A DNA stretch of 64,000 nucleotides from Ostreococcus lucimarinus (lineage: Eukaryota), in NCBI GenBank assembly GCA_000092065.1, contig CP000589.1; one strand, given 5' to 3'. The notes beneath the pieces are model-generated. The model ran no database searches. It was given only the letters and a program-made list of their open reading frames with translations, and was not told where the DNA came from. Each line of letters starts with the position of its first letter. The stretch's first letter is position 1. Of the stretch, positions 55,759 through 64,000 are shown piece after piece. The position numbers were made by a program, and so were the translations under genes.

Positions 55759-57840
55759 ATGCGAACGACCACCTCTCTGTTCGCGCAACGTTTGACCCTC
55801 ATCAGTGGCCTACGCGCGTTCACCACCACGCGCTCCGCGCCCCGTCGCGCGCTCCACGCGTCGTCGTCGTCGATCGTTTTCGCCGCGCGCGCGACCCCGG
55901 ACGCGAATCGCGACATGTTTCGCGACGGTCCCGACGCCGGTGGGCGCGGACAACCGCGCAAGCGCCCTCGAGGCGGTCGAGGCAACGGCGGCGCGCCCCG
56001 TCCGCGCAGCGATGGCGCTCGAACGCACGTGAACGATCGACTCGAGAAGCCGTGGGAAGGTCAGGACGACGCGCCGAGATCGAGCGCGCCGCCACCGCGA
56101 CCGAATTTGATGAAAAACACGCACGGAGGCGCGCTCGCGCAGGCGCAGATCGTGGAAGTCGCGACGGGGAACGCGCCGAGCACGACGGCGGCGTTCGCGA
56201 ACATGGGACTCACGGAGGCGTCGATGCGAGCGATTCACGAGGTGATGGGATTCACGCACGCGACGGCGGTGCAAGATTCGACGCTGCCGCACATCATGCG
56301 AGGATTGGATGTGCTCGCGCGCGCGAAGACGGGAAGCGGGAAAACGGTTGGATTTTTGTTGCCGGCGATCGAACGGTTGGCAAAACAAGGAGCGCCGCGA
56401 AAGGGGGACGTGTCGTGCCTGGTAATTTCGCCGACGAGAGAGTTGGCGTCGCAAATCGGCGAGGAGGCGAAGAGTTTGTTGACGTATCATCCGTTCAATT
56501 GCCAGGTTGTCTTCGGTGGGACGAACATTAACAGCGAACGAAAGCGATTGACGTCGCAAGGGGTTGAATTTTTGGTCGCTACTCCCGGACGGTTGATCGA
56601 TCACTTTGAGTCGAGCAACTTGGCGCGCGCGTGCCAAAACCTCGACGTCTTGGTGCTCGACGAGGCGGATCAGCTTCTCGACATGGGTTTCCGACCGAGC
56701 TTGGAAAAAATTTTGTCTTATTTGCCTACGCAGCGACAGACGTTGTTGTTCTCCGCCACGGTGCCGAAAACGGTGCATCAAATCGCTGCCAACGCTTTGC
56801 GACCGGGTCATCAGTACATCGACTGCGTCGGCGACGACGCACCGGCGACGAATTTGCAAGTTAAGCAATCGCTCATCGTCGCCTCGTTTCACGACCACTT
56901 GACGCTGATGACGCAAGCTATTGAAGAACATCAGGCGGAGGAACCAAATCACAAGATCATGGTATTCTTTCCCACCGCTCGTTCGACGCAACTCGCGTCA
57001 GAAATGTTCGAGGCGTGCGGCAAACCCGTCTTTGAGATTCACAGCCGCAAGTCTCAGGCTGTTCGTACGAAGGCGGCGGATAAGTTCCGCGAAGCCCGCG
57101 CGGCGGTCATGATGTCTTCTGATGTCACCGCACGCGGTATGGACTTTCCAGACGTGACGATGGTTATTCAAATCGGTGTTCCGTCTGCTCGCGAGCAATA
57201 CATTCATCGTCTTGGTCGAACCGGGCGCGCAGGCAAGACGGGCAAAGGCTTGCTCATGCTCGATCCCGCGGAGAAGTTTTTCCTCAACGGCGTTCGTGAC
57301 TTACCCATCGAAGTCTTAAACCCTGCGATTGATTCTCAAGTCGACCAGCGCGTGCGCAAGGCCATCAGCAGAATCAATCCGGATACCAAGGCGCAAGCAT
57401 ACAGCGCATGGTTGGGCTTTTACAACGGCTCGAGCGGAAAGATGAAGTGGAGCAAGGACGATTTGATCTTTGCAGCCAACAACTACGCCTTGGAGACCTT
57501 GCAGTGCGAAAGTTTGCCCGGTCTTTTGAAGAAGACTGTGGGTAAGATGGGTCTCAAGGGGTTCACCGCGAACTTGAACATTGTCTCCGAGTTGGGCGGC
57601 GGCGGCGGCGGCGGTCGCGGCGGCGGCGGCGGCGGTCGTGGCGGCGGTGGCGGCGGTCGCGGTGGCGGCGGCTTCGGTGGTGACCGCGGCAGTGGTGGAT
57701 TCGGCGGTGGTGGCGGTGGTCGCGGTGGTCGCGGCGGTGGTCGTGGTGGCGGCGGTGGTCGCGGCGGCGGTCGCGGCGGCGGACGCGGCGGTGGCGCCAA
57801 CGCGACGAGCATGAACTGGCAACAGCAAAGCTTCTATTGA
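55759..57840 (+). CDS. DEAD-box RNA helicase (Mss116/PMH-like) with mitochondrial presequence-like N-terminus and RGG tail
   Basis: Motifs: Q-motif FTHATAVQ, AKTGSGKT, PTRELA, TPGRL, VLDEADQLLD, SAT, HSRKSQAVR, ARGMDFP, HRLGRTGRAG. The N-terminus is MRTTTSLFAQRLTLISGLRAFTTTRS. Confidence 0.9.
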   Translation: MRTTTSLFAQRLTLISGLRAFTTTRSAPRRALHASSSSIVFAARATPDANRDMFRDGPDAGGRGQPRKRPRGGRGNGGAPRPRSDGARTHVNDRLEKPWEGQDDAPRSSAPPPRPNLMKNTHGGALAQAQIVEVATGNAPSTTAAFANMGLTEASMRAIHEVMGFTHATAVQDSTLPHIMRGLDVLARAKTGSGKTVGFLLPAIERLAKQGAPRKGDVSCLVISPTRELASQIGEEAKSLLTYHPFNCQVVFGGTNINSERKRLTSQGVEFLVATPGRLIDHFESSNLARACQNLDVLVLDEADQLLDMGFRPSLEKILSYLPTQRQTLLFSATVPKTVHQIAANALRPGHQYIDCVGDDAPATNLQVKQSLIVASFHDHLTLMTQAIEEHQAEEPNHKIMVFFPTARSTQLASEMFEACGKPVFEIHSRKSQAVRTKAADKFREARAAVMMSSDVTARGMDFPDVTMVIQIGVPSAREQYIHRLGRTGRAGKTGKGLLMLDPAEKFFLNGVRDLPIEVLNPAIDSQVDQRVRKAISRINPDTKAQAYSAWLGFYNGSSGKMKWSKDDLIFAANNYALETLQCESLPGLLKKTVGKMGLKGFTANLNIVSELGGGGGGGRGGGGGGRGGGGGGRGGGGFGGDRGSGGFGGGGGGRGGRGGGRGGGGGRGGGRGGGRGGGANATSMNWQQQSFY
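57595..57795 (+). repeat. GGC/GGT/CGC-rich coding microsatellite (Gly/Arg RGG tail)
   Basis: Encodes GGGGGGRGGGGGGRGGGGGGRGGGGFGGDRGSGGFGGGGGGRGGRGGGRGGGGGRGGGRGGGRGGG. Confidence 0.9.
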
Positions 57841-57958
57841 GCGCGGTGTCACCCTTTTTTCAAATAAATTCGCAGTAGATTACATTCTTTTATCCGTCGT
57901 GTGGACTAGAACCCTATTCGACTAGAACCGTGATTGTATCAAACGCCTACTCTCCTCT

Positions 57959-59419
57959 CTATTTCACGCACTTCTTTAGATGCCTCAGGACGTCGCCGAC
58001 CAAATACAGACTGCCAGTGACGAGGACGTTGACGCGCGCCGGCGCCACCTCTCGCGCTCGATGTCGAATGAGACTGAGCGCTTGATGAATGCTCGAAACC
58101 ACGACACCTCGAGTGTCTTGAGCTTTTTCTGCGAGCACGTTCGCACGTTTGACGATGATATCGTCCCACGTACGCGCACACCTGTCTTGCCAAGAGGTCG
58201 CCTTTGCGTCCCCGCACTTGTCTAACCCGCTCGTGGTGCTATCCGGCGGGCTAAAAATAGCGCGCTCTAACTGTACGTTTGAAGTCGTGTGGAAAACATC
58301 CGCGACCGGTTCGAGTAAATCCTCCGGTTTGCGATCATCCATGCAGTTGAAAAGCATGATGTTGTGCTCCGCCGTCACCGCTCGCGCGGTGCTCGTAAAC
58401 CATTCGGCGCTGTGGCGCATGGATTCGATGGTGTGCGCGCCGTCGAGATAAAACGTCAAGTTCATCACATCGGGATCGTGCATCACCTGCGATCGACCCG
58501 GCCACGTCGTCTTCTCTAACCCGACGCGAAAGCTCTCCGGTAACTCGTTTCGCGCGAACGAAGCCTCCATCTCCTCCGCCCACGGCTGGTTCGTGGCGTT
58601 CGCCCACTCCCGCACCAACTCCACGGCGACGGCGGCGTTGACGCGTTGGTGCGGTCCCGCCAACCCGACTTCGATCTCACTCCCGCCCTCATAGCTGTCT
58701 AAATCTCTCGCGACGACTAACGGCGAACCAACCTCGGCGGCGCGACGCTCGAGCGCGACCATCGCCTCGGGTTTTTGCGGCGCCGTAAACGTTCGCACGC
58801 CCGGCTTCATGATCCCCGCCTTCTCCGTCGCGATTTTCCCCAAAGTATCCCCTAAAATATCCACGTGATCCATCCCGAGCGACGTGATCCCGCACGCCGC
58901 CGGCGCGCGCACCACGTTCGTCGCGTCCAGGCGCCCCCCCAACCCCACCTCCAGCACGCACGCCTCCACCCCCGCGCTCGAGAAAATTCGCAGCCCCAAC
59001 AGCGTCAAAAACCTAAAGTACGCCGGCATCCCCAGATCTCCGCACCGCGCCGCGATCGCGTCCCGCGTCCACCAAAACTCCCTCGCGAACGTCTCCTCGT
59101 CCACCATCGCCCCGTCGATCCGAAATCGTTCTCGCACGTCCATCAAGTGCGGGCTCGTGAACGTCCCCACCCGCGTCCCGCTCGCCCTGAGCATCCCCTC
59201 CACCATCGCGCACGTCGATCCCTTCCCCTTCGTCCCCGCCACGTGCACCACGTCGAGCGCGTCGACGCGCCCTCGCAGGTCCAGCCTCGAGACGTACGTC
59301 TCCAGCTGCGCGAACTGCGCCTCCCACGTCACCGCGCCCGGGTCCGCGCGTTTTTTACCCGTGATCGTCTTCGCGAGCTCGCGCACCGCCGCGTCGTACG
59401 TGCGGTCGTCGTCGCGCAT
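57959..59419 (-). CDS. FPGS: folylpolyglutamate synthase / dihydrofolate synthase family
   Basis: Motifs: VVHVAGTKGKGSTCAMVEGML, FTSPHLMDVRERF, ITSLGMDHVDILGDTL. The first ATG is at 59419 (the track start 59740 is GTG). Confidence 0.85.
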   Translation of the reverse strand: MRDDDRTYDAAVRELAKTITGKKRADPGAVTWEAQFAQLETYVSRLDLRGRVDALDVVHVAGTKGKGSTCAMVEGMLRASGTRVGTFTSPHLMDVRERFRIDGAMVDEETFAREFWWTRDAIAARCGDLGMPAYFRFLTLLGLRIFSSAGVEACVLEVGLGGRLDATNVVRAPAACGITSLGMDHVDILGDTLGKIATEKAGIMKPGVRTFTAPQKPEAMVALERRAAEVGSPLVVARDLDSYEGGSEIEVGLAGPHQRVNAAVAVELVREWANATNQPWAEEMEASFARNELPESFRVGLEKTTWPGRSQVMHDPDVMNLTFYLDGAHTIESMRHSAEWFTSTARAVTAEHNIMLFNCMDDRKPEDLLEPVADVFHTTSNVQLERAIFSPPDSTTSGLDKCGDAKATSWQDRCARTWDDIIVKRANVLAEKAQDTRGVVVSSIHQALSLIRHRAREVAPARVNVLVTGSLYLVGDVLRHLKKCVK

Positions 59420-59814
59420 CGTCGTCGTCGTCGCGCGGGTCGTCGTCGTTCGATTCGTTTCGATGTTTCGTTTCGATTCGACGCGTTCGTCGCCTTCCGC
59501 GCGCGAGTTCGACGCCGTCGAATTCCGCGGATTATTTTTATCTCGCGATTCGCCGCGTCGGCGATCGCGGCGCGTTCGCGCGCGCGCGCGTCGCGCGATC
59601 GCGCGCGCGGCGCGCGGTCGAGGCGGCCTCGTCGTTTTATATAGCGAAAGTGTCGTATTTAAGGAGTCTCTCGTTCGCGTTGAGTCACGACCCGTCGAGA
59701 GAGTCGTAACACCCCCGCGATTGTGACGGCGCGCGCACACCGCGACGCGCGCGGTCGCGTCGCGCGCGCGTCGCCGCGGTCGCTCGGACTCGATTCCGAC
59801 GACGCGCGCGCGCG

Positions 59815-60855
59815 ATGGCGTCGCCCGCGCGACGGACGCGCGAGACGGACGACGCGACGGTGAACGCCATGGGTGGCGATCGAAACGTGTTCGCGTCGCG
59901 CGCGTGCGACGCGTGCCGCGCGCTCGGGTCGTTCATGGTGCTCGTCGTGCTGGCGATCGTCGGGCTGACGTACTACGCCACGGTGGTCGTCGTGTACGGA
60001 CCGTTGGCGGCGGAGGGGGGGGAGGACGCGGGCGTGGCGACGGGGGCGCTGTGCGCGTATCACGTCTTCGCGTTCATGCTGCTGTGGTCGTACTTTGCGT
60101 GCGTGCTGACGGCGCCGGGAGACGTGCCGAGGGGGTGGACGCCGGCGCCGGAGGATCCCGAGGAGGCGGCGTCGGAGGCGAAGAAGTCGAACAGCGAAAA
60201 GAGACGGCGGTTTTGTAAAAAGTGCGCGGCGTGGAAGCCGACGCGGACGCACCACTGCTCGGTGTGCAAACGATGCGTGTTGAAGATGGATCATCACTGC
60301 GTGTGGGTCGCGAATTGCGTGGGGGCGTATAACTATAAATTTTTTCTGCAGTTTTTGGCGTACACGTTCTTGGCGACGGTGCTGGATGCGATTTTACTGT
60401 TGAGCAATTTTATAGATTTCTTCAAAGACGTCGAGGAGAGTCAGGCTGCGGGAAGCCAAGGGGCGGACGCGAAGGTCGATCCGGCGGAAGGAACGGAGTT
60501 AGCGGTGGTGTTTGTGACGTTTATAGTCAACGTGGCGTTCTCGGCGTCGTTACTGGGCTTTTTAGTGATGCACGGTAACTTGATCCTGAGCAACATGACG
60601 ACGATCGAAATGTACGAAAAGAAAAAGACGCTTCCGTGGAAGTACGACTTGGGAAGGTTCAGAAACTTCAAGGAAGTGTTTGGAGAGAACGTTTTCATGT
60701 GGTTCCTCCCCGTGCATTCGAGCTCGCACTTGGAAAAGATGCGCGTGAACACGGGGATTTCAGACGGGGAATGTTTAGAAGGCGCCGCGTACGCCAGGGC
60801 GTGCGAAAGCGCGCAACGAGAGGCGACGATCGGGAATAGAAAAGGTCGAGCGTAG
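59815..60855 (+). CDS. DHHC-type protein S-acyltransferase
   Basis: CKKCAAWKPTRTHHCSVCKRCVLKMDHHCVWVANCVGAYNYKFF, with four flanking TM segments. ATG at 59815. Confidence 0.9.
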   Translation: MASPARRTRETDDATVNAMGGDRNVFASRACDACRALGSFMVLVVLAIVGLTYYATVVVVYGPLAAEGGEDAGVATGALCAYHVFAFMLLWSYFACVLTAPGDVPRGWTPAPEDPEEAASEAKKSNSEKRRRFCKKCAAWKPTRTHHCSVCKRCVLKMDHHCVWVANCVGAYNYKFFLQFLAYTFLATVLDAILLLSNFIDFFKDVEESQAAGSQGADAKVDPAEGTELAVVFVTFIVNVAFSASLLGFLVMHGNLILSNMTTIEMYEKKKTLPWKYDLGRFRNFKEVFGENVFMWFLPVHSSSHLEKMRVNTGISDGECLEGAAYARACESAQREATIGNRKGRA

Positions 60856-60999
60856 ATTTATTGGATGCAAGCATAGATTTGTCGAGCGCGCGTCGCGTCC
60901 ATGGAGATGTCGACGTCGCGAGCGATACAAGTGACTAGAAAGACGAAGCGCGGGACTATTGTGTAGTATACATGCACTCGCTACTGTCTGCGTCTTTCG

Positions 61000-61227
61000 C
61001 TACCCTCGCCTCGGTTTGCTCATGATTTCTTTCAACATCTGCCGCCTCGCCAGCTCTCTCGGCGCGTTCGCCGCCTCTATTTTCTTCTCCAGCGCCAACT
61101 TCTTCTCGCTCAAATTCTCCAACAACTCGTATCGCAGCTGCGGCATCGCTCGCGAGCGTCTATCGTAATTCTCAATCGCCGTCTTCGCGCTCGAACTGCG
61201 CGTCATCCGAAGCGCACGTCGACGCAT
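61000..61227 (-). CDS. small basic hypothetical protein (75 aa)
   Basis: ATG at 61227. Non-repetitive K/E/R helix (MPQLRYELLENLSEKKLALEKKIEAANAPRELARRQMLKEIM). Lies 27 nt downstream of the previous ORF's stop on the same strand. Confidence 0.35.
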   Translation of the reverse strand: MRRRALRMTRSSSAKTAIENYDRRSRAMPQLRYELLENLSEKKLALEKKIEAANAPRELARRQMLKEIMSKPRRG

Positions 61228-61254
61228 TCGTCAGTCACCCGCGCGCCTTCGTCG

Positions 61255-61620
61255 TTACGCGTCGCCGTCGAGTCCTCGCGCGCGCTCGCTCGGCTCGCAA
61301 CACCAATCGCACCTCATCGCCTTCACCGCCCGCTCGAGCGTCGGCAAATCGCTCGTCGCGCTCGCCTCGCTCTGTATCGCCGCGTTCAGCGTCGTCGTTC
61401 GCAGCACCTCCGCCGCGTCTCGCACGTTCGCCGCCGTCGCGTCGACGCACGCGCGCGCGAACCCATCGACGAAGTGCGTCCCGCGCTTCGCGATGAAACT
61501 CGCGACTTCGCCCCCCCCCGCGCCGTCGCCGCCGCCGACGAGCGCGTGCATCGCGCCCTGCGTCACCGTGTCGCTCACCGCGGACGCCGCGGTGGAGAGC
61601 GTGGACGAGAGCGCGTCCAT
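61255..61620 (-). CDS. hypothetical protein (121 aa from ATG 61620)
   Basis: MDALSSTLSTAASAVSDTVTQGAMHALVGGG..FIAKRGTHFVDGFARACVDATAANVRDAAEVL..; an alternative ATG lies at 61668. Coding status rests on composition only. Confidence 0.35.
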   Translation of the reverse strand: MDALSSTLSTAASAVSDTVTQGAMHALVGGGDGAGGGEVASFIAKRGTHFVDGFARACVDATAANVRDAAEVLRTTTLNAAIQSEASATSDLPTLERAVKAMRCDWCCEPSERARGLDGDA

Positions 61621-61688
61621 GGCGCGTCGCGATGTCGCGCGCGGGGCGCGACTCGACGCGCGCGGCATTTCGCCGCCGTCGGCGCGTC

Positions 61689-62429
61689 ATGCGCGCCGTC
61701 GTCTCGGCGCGCGCGCGAAGCGCGCGAAGCGCGCGCATCGAGGCGTCGACGAGCGGCGCGACGGCGCGAGGACTCGCGGCGCGCGCGCGCGGCGCGAGGA
61801 TTCGCGATCGGTGTGGAACGGTTTCGACGACCGTCGAACGACGCGCCGTCGCGCGCGCGCGCGGCGGACGCGAAAGCGACGGGACGGACTCGTTCGACGC
61901 GATGTTTCGCGATCTCGAGCGAGAGACGCGGTGGATGTTCGAGCGCGCGGCGCGCGAGTCGAGGGCGCTCGAGGGACGCCGGCGCGAGGCGCTCGAGCGG
62001 CGGCGAGCGGCGCCGCGCGACGCGGGAATCGGGGACGATTGGCGACGAGAGGAGCGCGGAGAAAAGCTTCTACCCGGAGGTGGGGTGCACAGGTATTACG
62101 TCAGCGAGCGGGTGACGACGTACGGAGGCGCGCCCGCGCGAGGCGCTCGCGTCGGCTCGGCGGTCGGCTCGAGCTCGGGGTTCCTCGCGACGTGCCTCGC
62201 GCTCGGCGTCGCGGCGACGTACGCGAGCCTGGGGAGAAAGTTTTTCAAAGGCTTCGACAGGACGTCGTACAAAGAGGACGCGAAACTCGGTCTCACAGCG
62301 CGCTGGCCGCTGTTGTACGCGTCTTCAAGCAGGTTTCGGGACGAGTTCGCCGCGGCGACGGCGGACCCACCGCGCGACGACGACGATCGCGGCGCGAAAA
62401 AAGACGTCGACGTCGACGTCGACGAGTAG
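61689..62429 (+). CDS. hypothetical protein with transit-peptide-like N-terminus and one TM segment
   Basis: Candidate starts at ATG 61689 or 61632. MRAVVSARARSARSARIEAS..SFDAMFRDLERETRWMFE..GFLATCLALGVAATYASLG..RWPLLYASSSRFRDEF. The competing frame 61493..62560 is an Arg-rich shadow ORF. Confidence 0.45.
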   Translation: MRAVVSARARSARSARIEASTSGATARGLAARARGARIRDRCGTVSTTVERRAVARARGGRESDGTDSFDAMFRDLERETRWMFERAARESRALEGRRREALERRRAAPRDAGIGDDWRREERGEKLLPGGGVHRYYVSERVTTYGGAPARGARVGSAVGSSSGFLATCLALGVAATYASLGRKFFKGFDRTSYKEDAKLGLTARWPLLYASSSRFRDEFAAATADPPRDDDDRGAKKDVDVDVDE

Positions 62430-62472
62430 CTCACGTAGCGTTCAGACGTGTCCATTTCAACACTTTGTGCGA

Positions 62473-62520
62473 TTCAAAAAACCATCCGGGCGTCGGTTCA
62501 AAAAACCATCCGCGCGTCGG
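62473..62520. repeat. 2 x 24-bp tandem repeat in the HAD-gene upstream region
   Basis: ttcaaaaaaccatccgggcgtcgg / ttcaaaaaaccatccgcgcgtcgg (23/24 identical), 115-160 bp upstream of ATG 62635. Confidence 0.85.
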
Positions 62521-62634
62521 TCGCCGCACAGTCAGCGTCGTCCGCGGAATATCTTTCTAGAAAGTCGACCCCGACCCCGGCAAACCTCCGCGCGCGCGCG
62601 CGCCGCCGGACGCGCGCGCGCGCGCACGAGCGCC

Positions 62635-64000
62635 ATGGACGCGACGTCGGCCACCGCGCGCGTCGCGACGCGCGCGCGCGGCATCGGCGTGCGAAACGCT
62701 GCGCGACCGGGTGTCCCCGCGCGCGCGCACCGCGCGACGCGTCGCGCGCGACGCGACGCGACGGCGAGAGCGTCGGAGCGCGCGGACGACGAACGCACCG
62801 CGGGACCCGACAGTCTGCGCACGCGGGCGCGAACGGCGGTGGACGCGGCGAACGCGGCGCTCGGGACGGGCTCCGCGGCGCGTTCGCGCGAGAGCGCGGC
62901 GGGACGACGGCGCTCGAGCGAGCCCGCGCGCGTCGAGGCGAACGATGGGGTGGAGTACGACGTTAAATTAATCGTCACTGATGTCGATGGAACGCTGTTG
63001 GACTCGAAGCAGCGGTTGAGCGAGAGGACGGCGGCGGCGCTGCGGGAAGCGGCGGAGTTGGGCGTGCGCACCGTCGTCGCCACGGGGAAGACCAGAGGGC
63101 CGTGGGCGCGCAAGCTGTACGACGAGCTCGGGCGGGATAACAAGAAGATGCCTGGGTTATTCATACAAGGTCTCATCACGTGCGACGGACTCGGGAAGAC
63201 GATCAAGAGTCGGACGCTGGATAAGGCGTACGTGAAGGATATTTTGCGCTTTGCGCAAGCGCGAGACTGCACGATTGTGGCGTTTTGCGACACTAAGATC
63301 GTGTGTTCGACGCGAAATGAGCTCACGGACAAAGTCTTAGACTACGGCGAGCCAGAACCGGTGGAGTGCGGAGATTTATTGGCCAAGAGCGATGAGTACG
63401 ACGTCAACAAGTTGTTACTCTTTTGCGACGACGCCGACGTGCAACGATACCGCCTCGAGGTGCGCGGAAGCTCGCTCTCCGACGCATGCGATGTTACCGT
63501 GGCCGTGTCCGGTATGTTAGAATTCTTACCGAAAGGTGCGAGCAAAGGCGCCGCTGTTCGCGAGCTGTGTGAGTCGTTGGAAATCGATTTAGCCAACGTC
63601 CTGGCGCTGGGCGACGGTGAAAACGACAAGGAAATGCTAACCTACGCGGGTGTCGGCGTCGCCGTCGGAAATGCGAGCGACGCCACGAAAGCGGTGGCGG
63701 ATATTGTTTTGGACGAAACGAACGATGATGACGCCGTGGCTGTGGCTATAGAAAGGTACGTGCTTCCGGTATTGAGACGCGAAGCCAAAGCCAAGGCGGA
63801 GGCAGAGGCGGAAGCAAAGCGCAAGCTGAAAGAAGAAGCTAAAGCCAAGGCCACAGCAAAGGTTCAGGCAGCGAAAGAAAAAGCGGAGTATCAAGTGCTT
63901 TTAAGACAAAAGACCGAAGACGAGCGCAGAGAGGCGGAAGCTGAGCTCGAGGCTGAGCTCGAGTTGAAGGTCGAAACTGAGGAAAAATTGCTCGGATTGG
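62635..64000 (+). CDS. Cof-type HAD-superfamily phosphatase with transit-peptide-like N-terminus and Lys/Ala/Glu-rich C-terminal extension (3' partial, runs off the window)
   Basis: Not in the ORF track because no stop is reached. Frame 1 is open from ATG 62635 to 64000. HAD motifs: IVTDVDGTLLD (motif I), VVATGK (motif II), LPKGASKG, LALGDGENDKEML..GVAVGNA (motifs III/IV). The tail is EAKAKAEAEAEAKRKLKEEAKAKATAK. Confidence 0.8.
   Translation, partial: MDATSATARVATRARGIGVRNAARPGVPARAHRATRRARRDATARASERADDERTAGPDSLRTRARTAVDAANAALGTGSAARSRESAAGRRRSSEPARVEANDGVEYDVKLIVTDVDGTLLDSKQRLSERTAAALREAAELGVRTVVATGKTRGPWARKLYDELGRDNKKMPGLFIQGLITCDGLGKTIKSRTLDKAYVKDILRFAQARDCTIVAFCDTKIVCSTRNELTDKVLDYGEPEPVECGDLLAKSDEYDVNKLLLFCDDADVQRYRLEVRGSSLSDACDVTVAVSGMLEFLPKGASKGAAVRELCESLEIDLANVLALGDGENDKEMLTYAGVGVAVGNASDATKAVADIVLDETNDDDAVAVAIERYVLPVLRREAKAKAEAEAEAKRKLKEEAKAKATAKVQAAKEKAEYQVLLRQKTEDERREAEAELEAELELKVETEEKLLGL

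Noticed and set aside
57316-57852. 178-aa Ala/Thr-rich and 109-aa Pro-rich minus-strand ORFs.
   Set aside because: They are antisense readings of the GGC/CGC microsatellite that encodes the DEAD-box helicase RGG tail.
59634-59645. TTTTATATAGCG (TATAAAA on the minus strand) in the FPGS/DHHC divergent spacer, as a possible TATA box.
   Set aside because: It is a single AT-rich word about 175-220 nt from either ATG with no TSS information, and it cannot be distinguished from chance.
1-64000. Prokaryote-style features requested by the task: CRISPR arrays, operons, prophage, defence islands, rho-independent terminators.
   Set aside because: The window has spliceosomal introns, organelle-targeting presequences and exclusively eukaryotic gene families (spliceosome, HOPS, MYST, COMMD, DHHC). 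No repeat-spacer arrays or phage or IS genes are present.

Overview
This is eukaryotic nuclear DNA, not prokaryotic. It is very GC/CpG-rich and extremely gene-dense: about 45 protein-coding genes on both strands (roughly one per 1.4 kb), with spacers of only 27-400 bp. There are a few short spliceosomal introns (117-209 nt; G|GTGCG or GTCCG donors, CTGAC branch sites, CAG/TAG acceptors). The gene content includes Tat-signal thylakoid-lumen proteins, a CONSTANS-like B-box/CCT gene, an organellar GET3, plant-type V-ATPase E and a UGA-containing MsrA. This suggests a marine green picoalga of the Mamiellophyceae (Ostreococcus/Micromonas-like), but that assignment is inference only. I found no rRNA, tRNA, CRISPR array, prophage, operon or recognisable transposon. 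The supplied ORF track uses bacterial start rules (GTG/TTG shown as M) and contains many antisense or out-of-frame shadow ORFs, which is typical of GC-rich DNA. I therefore re-anchored each gene on its first in-frame ATG and chose the real frame from motif content. Recognisable products: SAP30-like, U2 snRNP A', Josephin/ataxin-3-like, GET3, V-ATPase E, Eaf6, GCFC-domain protein, formiminotransferase-like, DUF1499 lumenal protein, MOV10-like helicase, ascorbate peroxidase, two metallophosphoesterases, MYST acetyltransferase, COMMD4, SDR, VPS18, MsrA, two alpha/beta hydrolases, YqaJ-like nuclease, CABIN1/HIR3-like TPR giant, DEAD-box helicase, FPGS, DHHC palmitoyltransferase and a Cof-type HAD hydrolase. 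The main findings are: (1) A 3.2-kb segment carrying one gene is bracketed by near-identical 110-138-bp direct repeats that include the last 17 codons of the neighbouring APX gene, which looks like a recent insertion/duplication footprint. (2) The gene it carries encodes a 6-TM protein built from three tandem copies of a TM-Cys-ectodomain-TM module, with no family recognisable by eye. (3) MsrA has an in-frame TGA at the catalytic Cys position (GUFWG) and a type-2 SECIS-like hairpin 42 nt after its stop. (4) Three gene models missed by the ORF track were recovered by reading across introns: a B-box+CCT CONSTANS-like gene, the V-ATPase E first micro-exon, and an 84-aa two-TM protein.
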